Below, piece after piece: positions 11,358-21,979 of a DNA stretch of 64,000 nt; position 1 is the stretch's first letter, and each line of letters starts with the position of its first letter. This DNA is from Entomortierella parvispora E1425 (Eukaryota; Fungi; Mortierellomycota). The notes under the pieces were generated by a model. That model was not told where the DNA came from, did not search any database, and saw nothing but the letters and a program-made list of their open reading frames with translations. The translations under genes were made by a program, and so were the position numbers. Where the stretch lies: assembly GCA_020891255.1 (NCBI GenBank), contig BQFW01000013.1, positions 682,001 through 746,000 on the forward strand, in the 5' to 3' direction.

Positions 11358-12716
11358 ATGAGCGCCTCTTTAATCGCCACCTCTATCGACATCGACACCC
11401 TAGTCGGAGCTCTTCTGGTTGGGGCATCATTAGTCCTCTCGACCCATTCTCTCTCCCGAATGATCTTTTTGAAGAGAACGGCATCGAAGCTCCACCTCTT
11501 CCCGATCATCAACGTCACCCAATTCATCAACGAAATCGCGGTCTTTCTCTTAATCACGACAGCCTATGGAACCATATCCTTTCAAACAGCTCTCTGGCTG
11601 AACGTCATCAACAATGTCGCCTACTTTATTACCAAACCCACAACCATGTACCTGGCCTATCTCCGCTGTTCAGCCGTATACCCAGCTTTTAGAAAACTTG
11701 ACTGGCTTCACTTTTTCTTGATTGGGTTCCGAGCTATAGAGCTCTTTGGGATCGTCATCGTCAACATTATCCAGAACCAACTGTGCGATGGGTCCGTGGC
11801 CGCGGGAACACGGTGTGCACATTTGGCAATTGCTTGGACCTTTCGAGACGCTGGCGCACCCATTTTTCGGTTTTACTACATCATCTGCGAGGCCATCTTT
11901 TACTACAAGCTGTTCAGGACGCTCAAAGGGATGAGCCAGGGCAAGAACATTGAACTGATGCAGTACCGACGCCTCCAGACTTCTCTCTTCACCTTGGACC
12001 TGATCCTGCTGAGTTTCATGTCGATCTACCGCATCATTGGCATCTTTGACACTCACCTTCCGACCTATGTCTACTACGAGCTGTTCTCGTCGACCTTGAC
12101 CATCTTTAATCTGACAGAGTTTGGTCTGAATATCCGAATGCTTTTCAACACTGTCAGCGATGCTCGTGTCCAGAATGGATCCGCCCCAGGTGGACCGTCC
12201 AAAGGGTCAAGCACACACCCAGGTCAACTCGAGATGGGCGAAACAAGCCGGCATTCATCATCGAGCCGTCCTCGACCCTTGACCAATACCTCCAGCAGCC
12301 CATTGGCCAGCAACGCGGCAGAAACTGCTGGCTTTAACAGCTCGGGTGAGTTTGATATCGAGTCCTCGAAAGAGCACCTGGATTACGTCCCCTACCCGAC
12401 CTCCCCGATTCTCAAGCAGAAGCAGCAGCAAGAGAGCAACAGAAGCAGAGGCCAAAGTAGTCTTCATTCAAGCCCGAACGACTGGATGCAGCAGGCTCCC
12501 CCAAGACGCGACATTGATATTGCGACCGATAATGAATACAATCCTTATGCAAACATATATGACTATTCGATCCCACCATCGAGCCCTCGCACTCGGCACA
12601 TCAGCGTCGACCCCATACTTGGAAATGTCGCGCCTCTTCGATCTCCCACAGTCCCAGGGAGGGTCGCCTTGGCAGTCCCTGCTCGGTCCCCCGCCCGCCG
12701 ACGCACCGATGTGTAG
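11358..12716 (+). CDS. Orphan seven-transmembrane (GPCR-like) protein with long disordered C-tail (452 aa)
   Basis: Intronless ORF with about 7 hydrophobic segments in the first ~265 aa, YLAYLRC at the end of TM3, a C-x9-C loop between TM4 and TM5, and a Ser/Pro-rich tail. Confidence 0.8.
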   Translation: MSASLIATSIDIDTLVGALLVGASLVLSTHSLSRMIFLKRTASKLHLFPIINVTQFINEIAVFLLITTAYGTISFQTALWLNVINNVAYFITKPTTMYLAYLRCSAVYPAFRKLDWLHFFLIGFRAIELFGIVIVNIIQNQLCDGSVAAGTRCAHLAIAWTFRDAGAPIFRFYYIICEAIFYYKLFRTLKGMSQGKNIELMQYRRLQTSLFTLDLILLSFMSIYRIIGIFDTHLPTYVYYELFSSTLTIFNLTEFGLNIRMLFNTVSDARVQNGSAPGGPSKGSSTHPGQLEMGETSRHSSSSRPRPLTNTSSSPLASNAAETAGFNSSGEFDIESSKEHLDYVPYPTSPILKQKQQQESNRSRGQSSLHSSPNDWMQQAPPRRDIDIATDNEYNPYANIYDYSIPPSSPRTRHISVDPILGNVAPLRSPTVPGRVALAVPARSPARRRTDV

Positions 12717-13027
12717 TACTTTCTCGTGCTCGTGCTCTTTCTAATACCTAGCTGCCCCAGACTGCATCTATGCAGGACGTGCCGCTGTGCTTTCTTTTGG
12801 TTGGTCCCCATGAAATAACAGAGTTATATACCCCCATTACCCATACTCCTTCTCTCCTCTTCAGGATGGCCATGTAAATTATATAATCGTCATGAAAAAA
12901 AAAAAAAAAATTAAAAAAAAAAAAATGCATGAAAATGGAGAGGGGTGGAATAGGACCATGCATTGCATGCACGGACGCACTCTACTTTATTGGTATCACA
13001 AAAGGTACCGTCTGGAACCTTTTGCCG

Positions 13028-14608
13028 TTACTCTGGGAGACGTGCCTCCCGTCCCTGAATAAAGATTCTTTCATGGTTGCGGTCATCGCCCACAAAGAGA
13101 TACTTTTCGAATTTCGTCTGAACTGTATCGCGCCCGAAGCTATCCAGGGGCGAATTCTTGACGGCTGTATTGACGAGCACAGCATCGAAATCCTTTCCAA
13201 CTTCAAAAGACCCGATCGTCTCTCCCAACCCCATCACTTTTGCGCCTCCTAACGTTGCGAGATAAAACAATTCAGGGATCAAAAGCGATTGGGTCGGGTT
13301 CCTGGCAATGGAGCAAATCCGAGAGGTTCGAATTGCGTCCAGGATGGAGGGAGAGTATCCTCCGGCAACATCAGTCCCTAGACCCACTTTTATATCCAGG
13401 TCGAGCATCTTGCGTACATCAGCCATTCCGGATTTGATGTTGAAATTGGACCCCGCGCAGTGCGAAATACTCGCCCCAGCGTCCTTCATGAGCTTGAATT
13501 CCTCGTCCTTCATGTGAACACAATGTGCCATAATCGTCCGCTCTTTCAATAGTCCGTGGTCAGCATAGACTCCAGTATAAGTCGTCGAGTTTGGGAACTG
13601 AGACAGGGTCAGGTCAATTTCCTCAAGATTCTCGCAAAGGTGCGATTGAATCGGGATCTTGAACTCTTCTGACAGCTTTCCAAGTTGAATCATGAGGTCT
13701 GACGTGCACGAGAGAGCAAAGCGTGGCGTGATGATGGGTTGAATCAAGGGTGGTGAGACTGAAGTCGAATCGGGATCCATGGTCCTATTGACAGCTTGAA
13801 CATATTCAATAAAGGCTCGCGTGTCGGCAATGGAGGCAGCTGTTGTCTCTATCAGGATATCGGGTGAATTTTGGTTCATGTTGACTTTGCCGATATAAGC
13901 CCGTTGACCTTGTTCTTGGATGGCTTTGACTAGTTCCTTGGTCGCCTCGAGATGAATGGTGGCGAACCAACAAGCCGCTGTGGTCCCGTTTCGAAGAGAT
14001 CTTGCGACTGCTTTGGTATATACCTGACGAGCGTAATGATGGTCCTGAAACATTGCCTCCTGTGGGAAGGTGAGTGTATTGAGCCATTTTAGCAAAGGCA
14101 TGTCGTGTCCGATGCCGCAATACGCGTACTGAGGAGCGTGCTGTTAACATGAACAGGGTTTCAACAGTAATAACTGAACAGATTAGAACACTGACTGCAG
14201 CTGACGCGTCTTCTTTTGTTTCCATCTGTTTGTTTGCGTGAGAACTGATGTGGTTCCGCTTACAATATGAGTGTCGATATATCCAGGGACAAAAAACTGG
14301 TTGTCGTTCAGAACGGTGGTCTAAGTGGAGGTTTGGTTGTTGATTAGAAAAACGACGACCAGCAGAGAAACATTGTATTAAAGAGCGCGAGCCATCTCAA
14401 TGAGAGGAGGAAGGTGGCGAGGCCTATTCACCTTTGAATTTTCAAGAGCCCTAAAAGCCGCTTGTGCCTGCTCAAGGGACTGGTCCGGCGTGATGGAAAC
14501 GATCTTGCCGTGACGGTCAAGGACGAGGACCGTGTTCTTGAGAAACACTAGCTGTTTGGTGGTGGGTGCGTGGACAAAGGTCCCGTAGAAGGCCTGGGCA
14601 ATGGTCAT
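13028..14608 (-). CDS. GUD1: Guanine deaminase (448 aa); exons 14608-14432, 14320-14264, 14140-13028
   Basis: Amidohydrolase motifs PGYIDTHIHAPQY, PIITPRFA, IQSHLCEN, MAHCVH and VGLGTDVAGGYS. Spliced length is in frame. Confidence 0.95.
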
Positions 14609-15602
14609 GAGACAAATGGATGCAAAAATGGAAGGGATGGAATAAAAAAGAATGTGAATCGCTCGACATGTCCAAAGGCCTAAGTCGCATTCAGTGCTTG
14701 CGTTCTCTCGACCTGGCCGCCCCTTTTTTGGTTTTTGTGCACCCACATATTTTGGGCAAGCTAGGACGTCCTCGTCGTGATCGTCAGGAACGGGCGGTAT
14801 CCAGGGCTTCTGAGCTGTCAGTGCCTCGCCTGACTTCCAAAAGTGCCGCGCTATTGCCTCCTTGGAGGAATCGGTTTCGTGGTCCAGTGGGGTCGAGACA
14901 ATCCTGTTCGATGCACAGTGGCGTCAGGAAGGTTGGATCCAAGATTCATCCGCTGACCAAAGCAGTAAAGTGGGAAAGAGATTTTGCCATCATCCCACCT
15001 GTCCCTTTCGTGCTTTTGTGTGTGTTTGTGGTGTGTGAAAACAACTGTTCCTACGTCGTTTGAAAACATTATTATTCATCTCTTGGGCTTTGGGGCTTCA
15101 GGGCTGGAATGTGCTCTTCTAAGGTCACTCGCTTGTTTGCATTGGTCGAACGTGCCAGTGTGCGCTAGCAGACGGCGGCCAATTGTTGAGAACAAGACCA
15201 CAGGGCGAGTGAACGTGCTTTCCCCAAGGGAAGAACCACTTCCAGAGCCTGTCGATCGTGGACATGCGGAAACAGCGAGCAGGTAAGCGTCTCGATTGAC
15301 GCTTGGTTGGCAACGAGGGTGTCAACAAAAGAAAAAGAGATGGCACAGAGGGAGAGCAATCCCCATCATATTTGTGCAACAGGAAAACGCCCACTGAGGT
15401 CCGCCCTCCACTTTTTTTACGCGCCATTTCAAACATCAAGCAGTAATCGTTTCGCCAGTTCACCAAAAGCCTCCCGGTCGTTTTCCCCTCCCGCTCGAGG
15501 TTTCTTTTTTGCCGTTGCTTCTGCTCTTTTTCTCTTTTTTTTCTTTTTTCTTTCTTTCCTCACCTCCCACGCTCTCTTCATCCTCACCTTCTCATTTTCA
15601 CA

Positions 15603-16868
15603 ATGGCTATCCAGTTTCATCACTGGCCCTCCAAGGTCGCCAACATCCTTGTTTACATCCTTCTCCTCTCGGGTAACGTTTACTCGACCTTTGGAGGAGA
15701 CAAGGACACTGACAGTCCCTATGACTCGGAGCACAAGTCGTACATTACTCCCGCCAACTTCACTTTCTATATCTGGTCCTTGATTCATATCTTGCTCGGA
15801 GGTCTTGTCATCTTCCAGTGGTTCACGGATAAGGTCCACCAGGCTATCGGTTGGCACTTTGTTGCTGCCACCATCTTCAATTCCATCTGGTTGGCTTTGT
15901 GGGTAAGTGGTCCTTTGCTTTTCTTTGTTTTTTGTTTCTGTTTGAGGTGTGGTACTTCTGAGAGTATTGGCGGGAGATGGGACAAAAGCGTCAGAGCCGA
16001 ATGAAAAAAAAAGTACCAGCCCCTCAGTAGATGAGCCCTCTTGTTCAGGGTCTTCGAACTGCCAAGCACATTACCCCGACGTCAACGGTTGTCTCCTGTC
16101 GCCTATCCAGTGGATACCCACCCATCTTTGTCATTCGCATGAATATCTTTGCATGACCCAAGGGGCTGATACAAGTCTCGTCGGAAGAGAAAGCGTTGGC
16201 AGAAACGACTGCAAGATGACGACGGAGAGAGGGGTGCGAGATTCGCTTTGAGATACCAAGACGCGTTACCGCGCGTGAGAAAAATTTCCGCGGGGTGAAT
16301 GGAGGGGTTTTGGTTTTCTGTGAGATCAAGATGTTGTACACAAATGGACTAAAGCACGTTTTCTCTGTTCTTCACGATCGATTAGGCCAAGGGTCACACC
16401 ATCCTCGCCTTGATTCCTTTGTTGTTCGCCACCAGCGGTGTCTCCTACATCTACTACCGCTTGAAGGAGCACCACGCCTCGGAGACTGTCTTGGAGAACC
16501 TCTTCTTGCACTTGCCCTTCTCCCTCTACCACGCCTGGATCTTTGTCCTCTTTGTCATCAACATCTTTGCAGTCATCTCCCCCGCTCATGATGATGGCCC
16601 CTCGACGTTCCAGGTTATCTTGGCCGTCGTTGGTCTGATCTTTGTTGGTGCCACCGTCATTGGTTACATCGAGTACAAGAAGGGCGACATTGCCGGTTCG
16701 CTGGTGTTGGCCTGGTACTTGTTCGGAGTCTTTGCCCAGCAGGAGGAGGCTGTCATCCACTGGACCTCGCTTGGTCTTGGTATTGCCGTCGCCGGCTACA
16801 CGCTCAAGCCCGTCGTTCTCGGCTTCTTTGGTCGCCAGTCCGGCGAGTCTGCCCCTCTCTTGGGATAG
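15603..16868 (+). CDS. Multi-pass membrane protein, TspO/MBR-related fungal family (260 aa); exons 15603-15902, 16386-16868
   Basis: Motifs ITPA.FTF.IW.LIH and HLPFSLYHAW, about 7-8 hydrophobic segments, and a C-terminal ESAPLL. The 483-bp GT-AG intron restores frame. Family assignment is from memory of motifs. Confidence 0.85.
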
Positions 16869-16923
16869 ACCGGGACAACTGTGCTTGTTGAATCGAAATA
16901 GCAACAGATACGTAGTCAGAATA

Positions 16924-16948
16924 AAAACCTCGGATAGTCCGAGGTTTT
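16924..16948. other. 25-bp palindrome AAAACCTCGGA-TAG-TCCGAGGTTTT
   Basis: Perfect 11-bp arms with a 3-nt loop. Contains CGG-N5-CCG. Confidence 0.8.
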
Positions 16949-17386
16949 AACTTTTATGCTCGAATAGCCGAAAGCAGCTCTCCGAGAATCGAATAATTCT
17001 ATTTTCGGTGCGACCGCTGTCTATTTTCGGTGTGGCTTTGACACAGGTCTTTGACTTTTTTCGGTTGCACCTGGACAGCGCGCTGGACAGACGTGGACGG
17101 GCAGGGCTGCTGGCACAAGTGAGACGGGCGCACATCATCCATCATCAGCTCACATGGTCTCTTCTCTTCTCTTTTTTTCTTCTACTCTTCATCAACCTCT
17201 TACCTTCGCTTCCCTTTCCTTCATTGTAAGTCAGCAGTGCCGTGCTGTCCGCTTCAGTCCCGCTATCGCCACCACAACAACCACAACCACCACCGTCGTC
17301 ATCTCAACGCATTCCTTCCTTCCTTCTCTCGATTCAACTATTGACTTCTTCCCTACATTCTACTTTTAGAATATCTTCCCTCCGCC

Positions 17387-18118
17387 ATGAGATTCTCCAC
17401 CGCTGCCTTTGGCGCCCTTGCCACCTTGGCTGTCTTCATGCCATCAGTCAGCGCCTGCGAACACGTTTGCCAGGTCAATGTGTCGCGCGCCTTCTCGGAC
17501 AAGTACGAGATTGTCTCCAACAACTACTTTACTCTCCTCACCAACAAAGTCAAGGATTCGGTTTTCTACGGCTTGCCCAAGGATACCTTGACCGCTGATG
17601 AGACCACAGCTTCTATCAAGGTCATCACCGACGCAGTCGCTGAGGCTGGAAAGGCCTGGTCCGCTACCCTTTTCCAGACCGTCTTCACCAGTATCTTTGC
17701 TGACGAGCCAAAGTTCAAGGGCGACTGCAACAACCCCCACAGAGTCACTCAGCCCCCCAAGGGAGTTTGGTGGAAGATGGCCGATTGCCACAACATGGAT
17801 TACATCTGTGGTAACCCTCCATCGATCTGCCACTTCATGCCCATGATCAAGACCCGCATTGTGAAGAAGCTGATTGGACAGCTCCAGGCAAAGGTGGATG
17901 GCGACGAGTCTGATGTGTATGAGGGTTATATCGAGCCCGCCTTGCAGACTGTCCTCACTCAGCAGCCCAAGCTCGTAGAGTTCACCCCAATCTTGCACGG
18001 AAACTTGAACCAGATCCTCGAGTCGATTAAGTTGAGCTTGGTCAACTTTGCGGATGAGGCACAATGGAACAAGGACTGGGACTTGCAAATCAAGGAGATG
18101 TTGTTGACCTTCCCGTAA
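17387..18118 (+). CDS. Secreted Cys-containing protein of unknown function (243 aa)
   Basis: Intronless ORF with strong codon bias, signal peptide MRFSTAAFGALATLAVFMPSVSA and 6 Cys. Confidence 0.9.
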   Translation: MRFSTAAFGALATLAVFMPSVSACEHVCQVNVSRAFSDKYEIVSNNYFTLLTNKVKDSVFYGLPKDTLTADETTASIKVITDAVAEAGKAWSATLFQTVFTSIFADEPKFKGDCNNPHRVTQPPKGVWWKMADCHNMDYICGNPPSICHFMPMIKTRIVKKLIGQLQAKVDGDESDVYEGYIEPALQTVLTQQPKLVEFTPILHGNLNQILESIKLSLVNFADEAQWNKDWDLQIKEMLLTFP

Positions 18119-18751
18119 GAAGTTAGACGCTTCGTTTTCTTAGACGCCCAATTGATGACAAAAAAGGAGGGACGAAACGGCCCTGCGGAGACTTCTGTAT
18201 TTGTGCCCCTTGGGAGAAACAGCAGGATTCTTTTCTCCAATGGATATCATGTACGATCTCATTCTATTGTCGACCGTTACTCCCCCATTGCCCTATTCAT
18301 TTTGTATTTCTTCTACACACTCGAAAGTATTAAAAAAATCTGTTCAACATCATCTTCGACTGCTTCTTTGCGCTGACAGCAGTAGTGAGTGATTGAGCCT
18401 AGTCGTGCTTCTTTCTTTCTTTCCTATTGTCAGCCGACTAATTTCCACACCCGAAAACGGTTGCAACTATTGTAGCAACGAAAGATTCGCCGTAGGTTGT
18501 AATTCGACAAAGACGCCAAAAAAAGCATTTATCCACAGGAGCGACAAGGTCATATGAATTGGAAGGATCGCCTATTTAAGCTGAGGTAGTAGCTCTTCGG
18601 AAAAGACTCGTGTTTTTTTCTTCTACTCCCTCTCTTCTCCCTCATACTCTGCTTTTCAACCCCAAAGACCCGCTATTTCAAGCCGGCCCCTTTTCCTTAT
18701 TCGTATCCTTGTTATCGCAGCCTATTGAGTTTTGGTCAGCTTTACTTTGCC

Positions 18752-21352
18752 ATGAAGAAGGCTATTCGATCGCTCTTTGGCAAAAAGAAACCGCCACGAG
18801 ATGCGGAGCAGCACAACAGAATCCCTTTGACAGAAAATGTGGCGATCGAGCACAAGGACTCCTCGCCTTCGTCTTGCTTTGATCAGGATGGATCCTCTGG
18901 AGTTACCCGTCGAAAACTTGAAAGTGGGAATGAGCAGATTTCAATAGACAGCGGCCTGGATGACAGATCGTCTGTAGTGATCCATCACAATCGGCTAGAG
19001 CCTTACGACCCAAGATCGGTGCGGGAGATCTTTCAGTTACAGCAGCGTATCCGTGAACTGGAGATGAAAGAACAGGAAAACACGCAGTCAGCAGAACTGC
19101 CGTCGAAAATAAGCAAAGGACATAATCGTGGACGAGGACAGGAAGCGCCCAATGTCGTTGCTTCTGTAGAGCCGAGTCACCACCATCCTTTGCAACATAC
19201 CCCAAGGACCACAAATCTTCTATCGAATGCGCTTCCTGTGGTCCGCCCGCCTGTTGATCGGTCTCGTGTCGGACTGAACCACACCTCAAAAGAGTCCCCT
19301 GCTTCACATGTTGCCGATACTCATGGTCCACGTCGACTCTATTTTCGAGATCCAGTCGCCCCAGTGCTTGGAGGTTTGATATCAGACAACTCCAAAGAAT
19401 CCACATCCAACAGCCAATACGAGCAGGCGAGGTACAGACAGTCGGCACCTGCTAGCTCTGTCGCTTCCAGGAACATAGAAGAGAGGTCTCACGTTGCCGT
19501 CACCAATCGCGACAGTTGTTCAACAACTCACTCCTATCTCAGCAAGAGCATTTACGGGAGCGGCAATCCATATGTTTACTATGACACTATGTCCAGAGGG
19601 ACGTCTCTCTTAGCAGAGCCAAGAGAATCGCCCTGTGTTGGTTCCCATCCTGTACACCTGCGCCAACCTGCCGACATGCTGGATCAAGGAGCATCGCCTG
19701 TTCGTGGAAAAGCTGAAGAGGCCACTCCTTCATCGCCTTCACCCTTGATGGGTGGTGATCATGATCCGCCCTCTGCGGGCACAGCGCCATCATTGCCGCA
19801 AGGACCTCTGCAAATTGGGGAGGGCAATATGAACTGTACTCGCGGGAAAATGATCCGCAAAACTCTTTCTATCTACTGGAATTCAAAGGAGAAAACGATG
19901 TCTTCTAAGATTGTTCTTCCCGAGGCCGATGAAAGACCTGGTCAGACTGAAATCAGAGCCGCACCAGGACCAAAAGATGCTCCTTCTTCGACCAGCTTTC
20001 TTTCACGCACTGATTCAATCACGTCCAACAAGAATGCGACAAAGACAGTGGGCTCTACAGCTCCCGCCGTGCGGGGCCCTCGCCCCATGCCAGAGATCCG
20101 TGGAGGTGGCTGCGAACCTCACGCCAGAAAGACTCTTCCTCAGCTTCCTCAAAAGAAATCGCTAATCACTAGTGCATCTACGACATGTTCGCAGTCTGTA
20201 GCTCCAATGATTCTATCCTCACAAGGACGAAGACGGATCTTCAACAGGGTTAGTGTTGAATCTGAAAACGGCATGAACACCACTACGTCGACCTCAAGAT
20301 CTGGGTCCTGCTCTGAGGAAGAGGGGGGTGGGGGAAGAGGAGGAAGAGACTCGACCATTGTGTCGTACACCCAATTCACAGCAGGACGTCATCACAAACG
20401 CCAGCATCACCGCCGAACCTCCTCACCAAAGCTTTACTCTAAGGCTCTTCAACAGCAGCAATTGCAGCAAAGGATGACGACGGCTTTCCAGATGGAGGCG
20501 TCCTTGGAACCATTGAGCAGCCTACCACACTCTGGTTTCCAGAGTAAAAAGCAAGGAAAAGTGTTGACAGCCATGGATGAATTTACGAACGACACCGAGG
20601 AGTATATTCAAAAGCATGAGAAGTCAATCGAAAGCAATCCATATCCTGCTCTAGCAGAACAGCATCTACGGGAGCAAGCATTCTTTTACGCACAGAAAAT
20701 GGCCAAAGAGCGGAGGATTCTGAGAACTCAAAGCCAGGAGGATGCTCAGTCCCCTGTTCTGTCCGCCGCACAGATTTCAAGCCAAAGTAAGCCCAAGCAA
20801 GTTGTTCGATCCTCAACAAATTCAGCTGCATCCGTTGCAAACTCGATCTTGAAAAAGATCTCCACTAGTTCCCGTCTTGTTGGCCCCATCAAAAGGCCAA
20901 TCATGGATAATGTTAATAGTGGCAGCATCAACGGGTCTCGATCCACTCCTGTCTCAATGGTTCCGACAGTCAAACGAAGCTCCAACACCTTGTCCAATTC
21001 CAACACAACCGCGTCTAGAGGAACGGCTAGGCGCATCATTTACAGTGCAGACTTGGAACAGGGCCTTCCAAAAGGACGCGTCGCTAGAGAAGGAAACTTT
21101 GAGATCGTGCCTCAAGCTCGGGGCTCAGGCCAGTTTTCAGCGCACTCTGTAGGTCGCTCAAGTGCAGCGGCACGAGAGAAGCAACTCTCGGATTACGAGA
21201 CAGAGATATATCCGGACTTTGCACCAAAGGAGGAAACGTCTGACGAAGAGGCGAGGAAGGTCGTTGTTGCTCGTGGGACTGTCCTGGCACCGAGGCAACA
21301 TTCTCGAGCACAGGAAAAGTGGCTGGACCAGCAACACGAACAGTTCTCTTAG
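18752..21352 (+). CDS. Large low-complexity, disordered hypothetical protein (~866 aa)
   Basis: 2.6-kb open frame, S/R/Q-rich, no recognisable domain. Confidence 0.75.
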   Translation: MKKAIRSLFGKKKPPRDAEQHNRIPLTENVAIEHKDSSPSSCFDQDGSSGVTRRKLESGNEQISIDSGLDDRSSVVIHHNRLEPYDPRSVREIFQLQQRIRELEMKEQENTQSAELPSKISKGHNRGRGQEAPNVVASVEPSHHHPLQHTPRTTNLLSNALPVVRPPVDRSRVGLNHTSKESPASHVADTHGPRRLYFRDPVAPVLGGLISDNSKESTSNSQYEQARYRQSAPASSVASRNIEERSHVAVTNRDSCSTTHSYLSKSIYGSGNPYVYYDTMSRGTSLLAEPRESPCVGSHPVHLRQPADMLDQGASPVRGKAEEATPSSPSPLMGGDHDPPSAGTAPSLPQGPLQIGEGNMNCTRGKMIRKTLSIYWNSKEKTMSSKIVLPEADERPGQTEIRAAPGPKDAPSSTSFLSRTDSITSNKNATKTVGSTAPAVRGPRPMPEIRGGGCEPHARKTLPQLPQKKSLITSASTTCSQSVAPMILSSQGRRRIFNRVSVESENGMNTTTSTSRSGSCSEEEGGGGRGGRDSTIVSYTQFTAGRHHKRQHHRRTSSPKLYSKALQQQQLQQRMTTAFQMEASLEPLSSLPHSGFQSKKQGKVLTAMDEFTNDTEEYIQKHEKSIESNPYPALAEQHLREQAFFYAQKMAKERRILRTQSQEDAQSPVLSAAQISSQSKPKQVVRSSTNSAASVANSILKKISTSSRLVGPIKRPIMDNVNSGSINGSRSTPVSMVPTVKRSSNTLSNSNTTASRGTARRIIYSADLEQGLPKGRVAREGNFEIVPQARGSGQFSAHSVGRSSAAAREKQLSDYETEIYPDFAPKEETSDEEARKVVVARGTVLAPRQHSRAQEKWLDQQHEQFS

Positions 21353-21979
21353 GACAACCGTGTTGGAACTACCGTCTCCAATTCTGGCAGTTAATCTTTC
21401 TTCCTTCCTCGCATCTGTCACTCAAAACTTCGGATGTTTTGGTCACCAGATGGCTTTGGTATCGACTATTACAAGTTTTTTTTATCAAAATAAATGGCAG
21501 ATATTATAGAAGTGGAGCCAGTGAAGAGGCAGTGGAGCTCAATATCTCGACCGTCATACCAGGAGATTTTCTATTCCGTTAGCTGGTAGAGTTGGTAACC
21601 CTCTACCTCGAGAGGAAAACGGGAGGAGCAAAGTGAAAATGAATCGCTACAATTCTCACTCACCGGTTTAGATCAATGGACTGACACCAGAGGAGCTGTT
21701 GAGCCGAGTACGATACGAAGGTAATAGTGAAGGCTCTTTTTGGTACCATTACAGCCGTCAGGAATGGCAAAGTTATCGGTGAAGGCGACGGATAGAGAGG
21801 GAGGTTTCCTAGACATTTGACGAGGAGACTTCGATGTTGGGAAAATCCTACGATTCCGGTGGCTTGTGTGGACCGAGCACCTGCCTTTTGTTCTCCTGAA
21901 CACGATTCGTTGACCGAAAGTAATCAATCGACCGCCGCCACCACCGCCACCACCACCACCACCACCACCGACGACACCC

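Noticed and set aside
21500-21815. Minus-strand frame with GTGAGT donor and GCTAAC branch between the 18752 gene and VPS72
   Set aside because: Best model gives about 50 aa with no recognisable features and a poorly supported start. Insufficient evidence.
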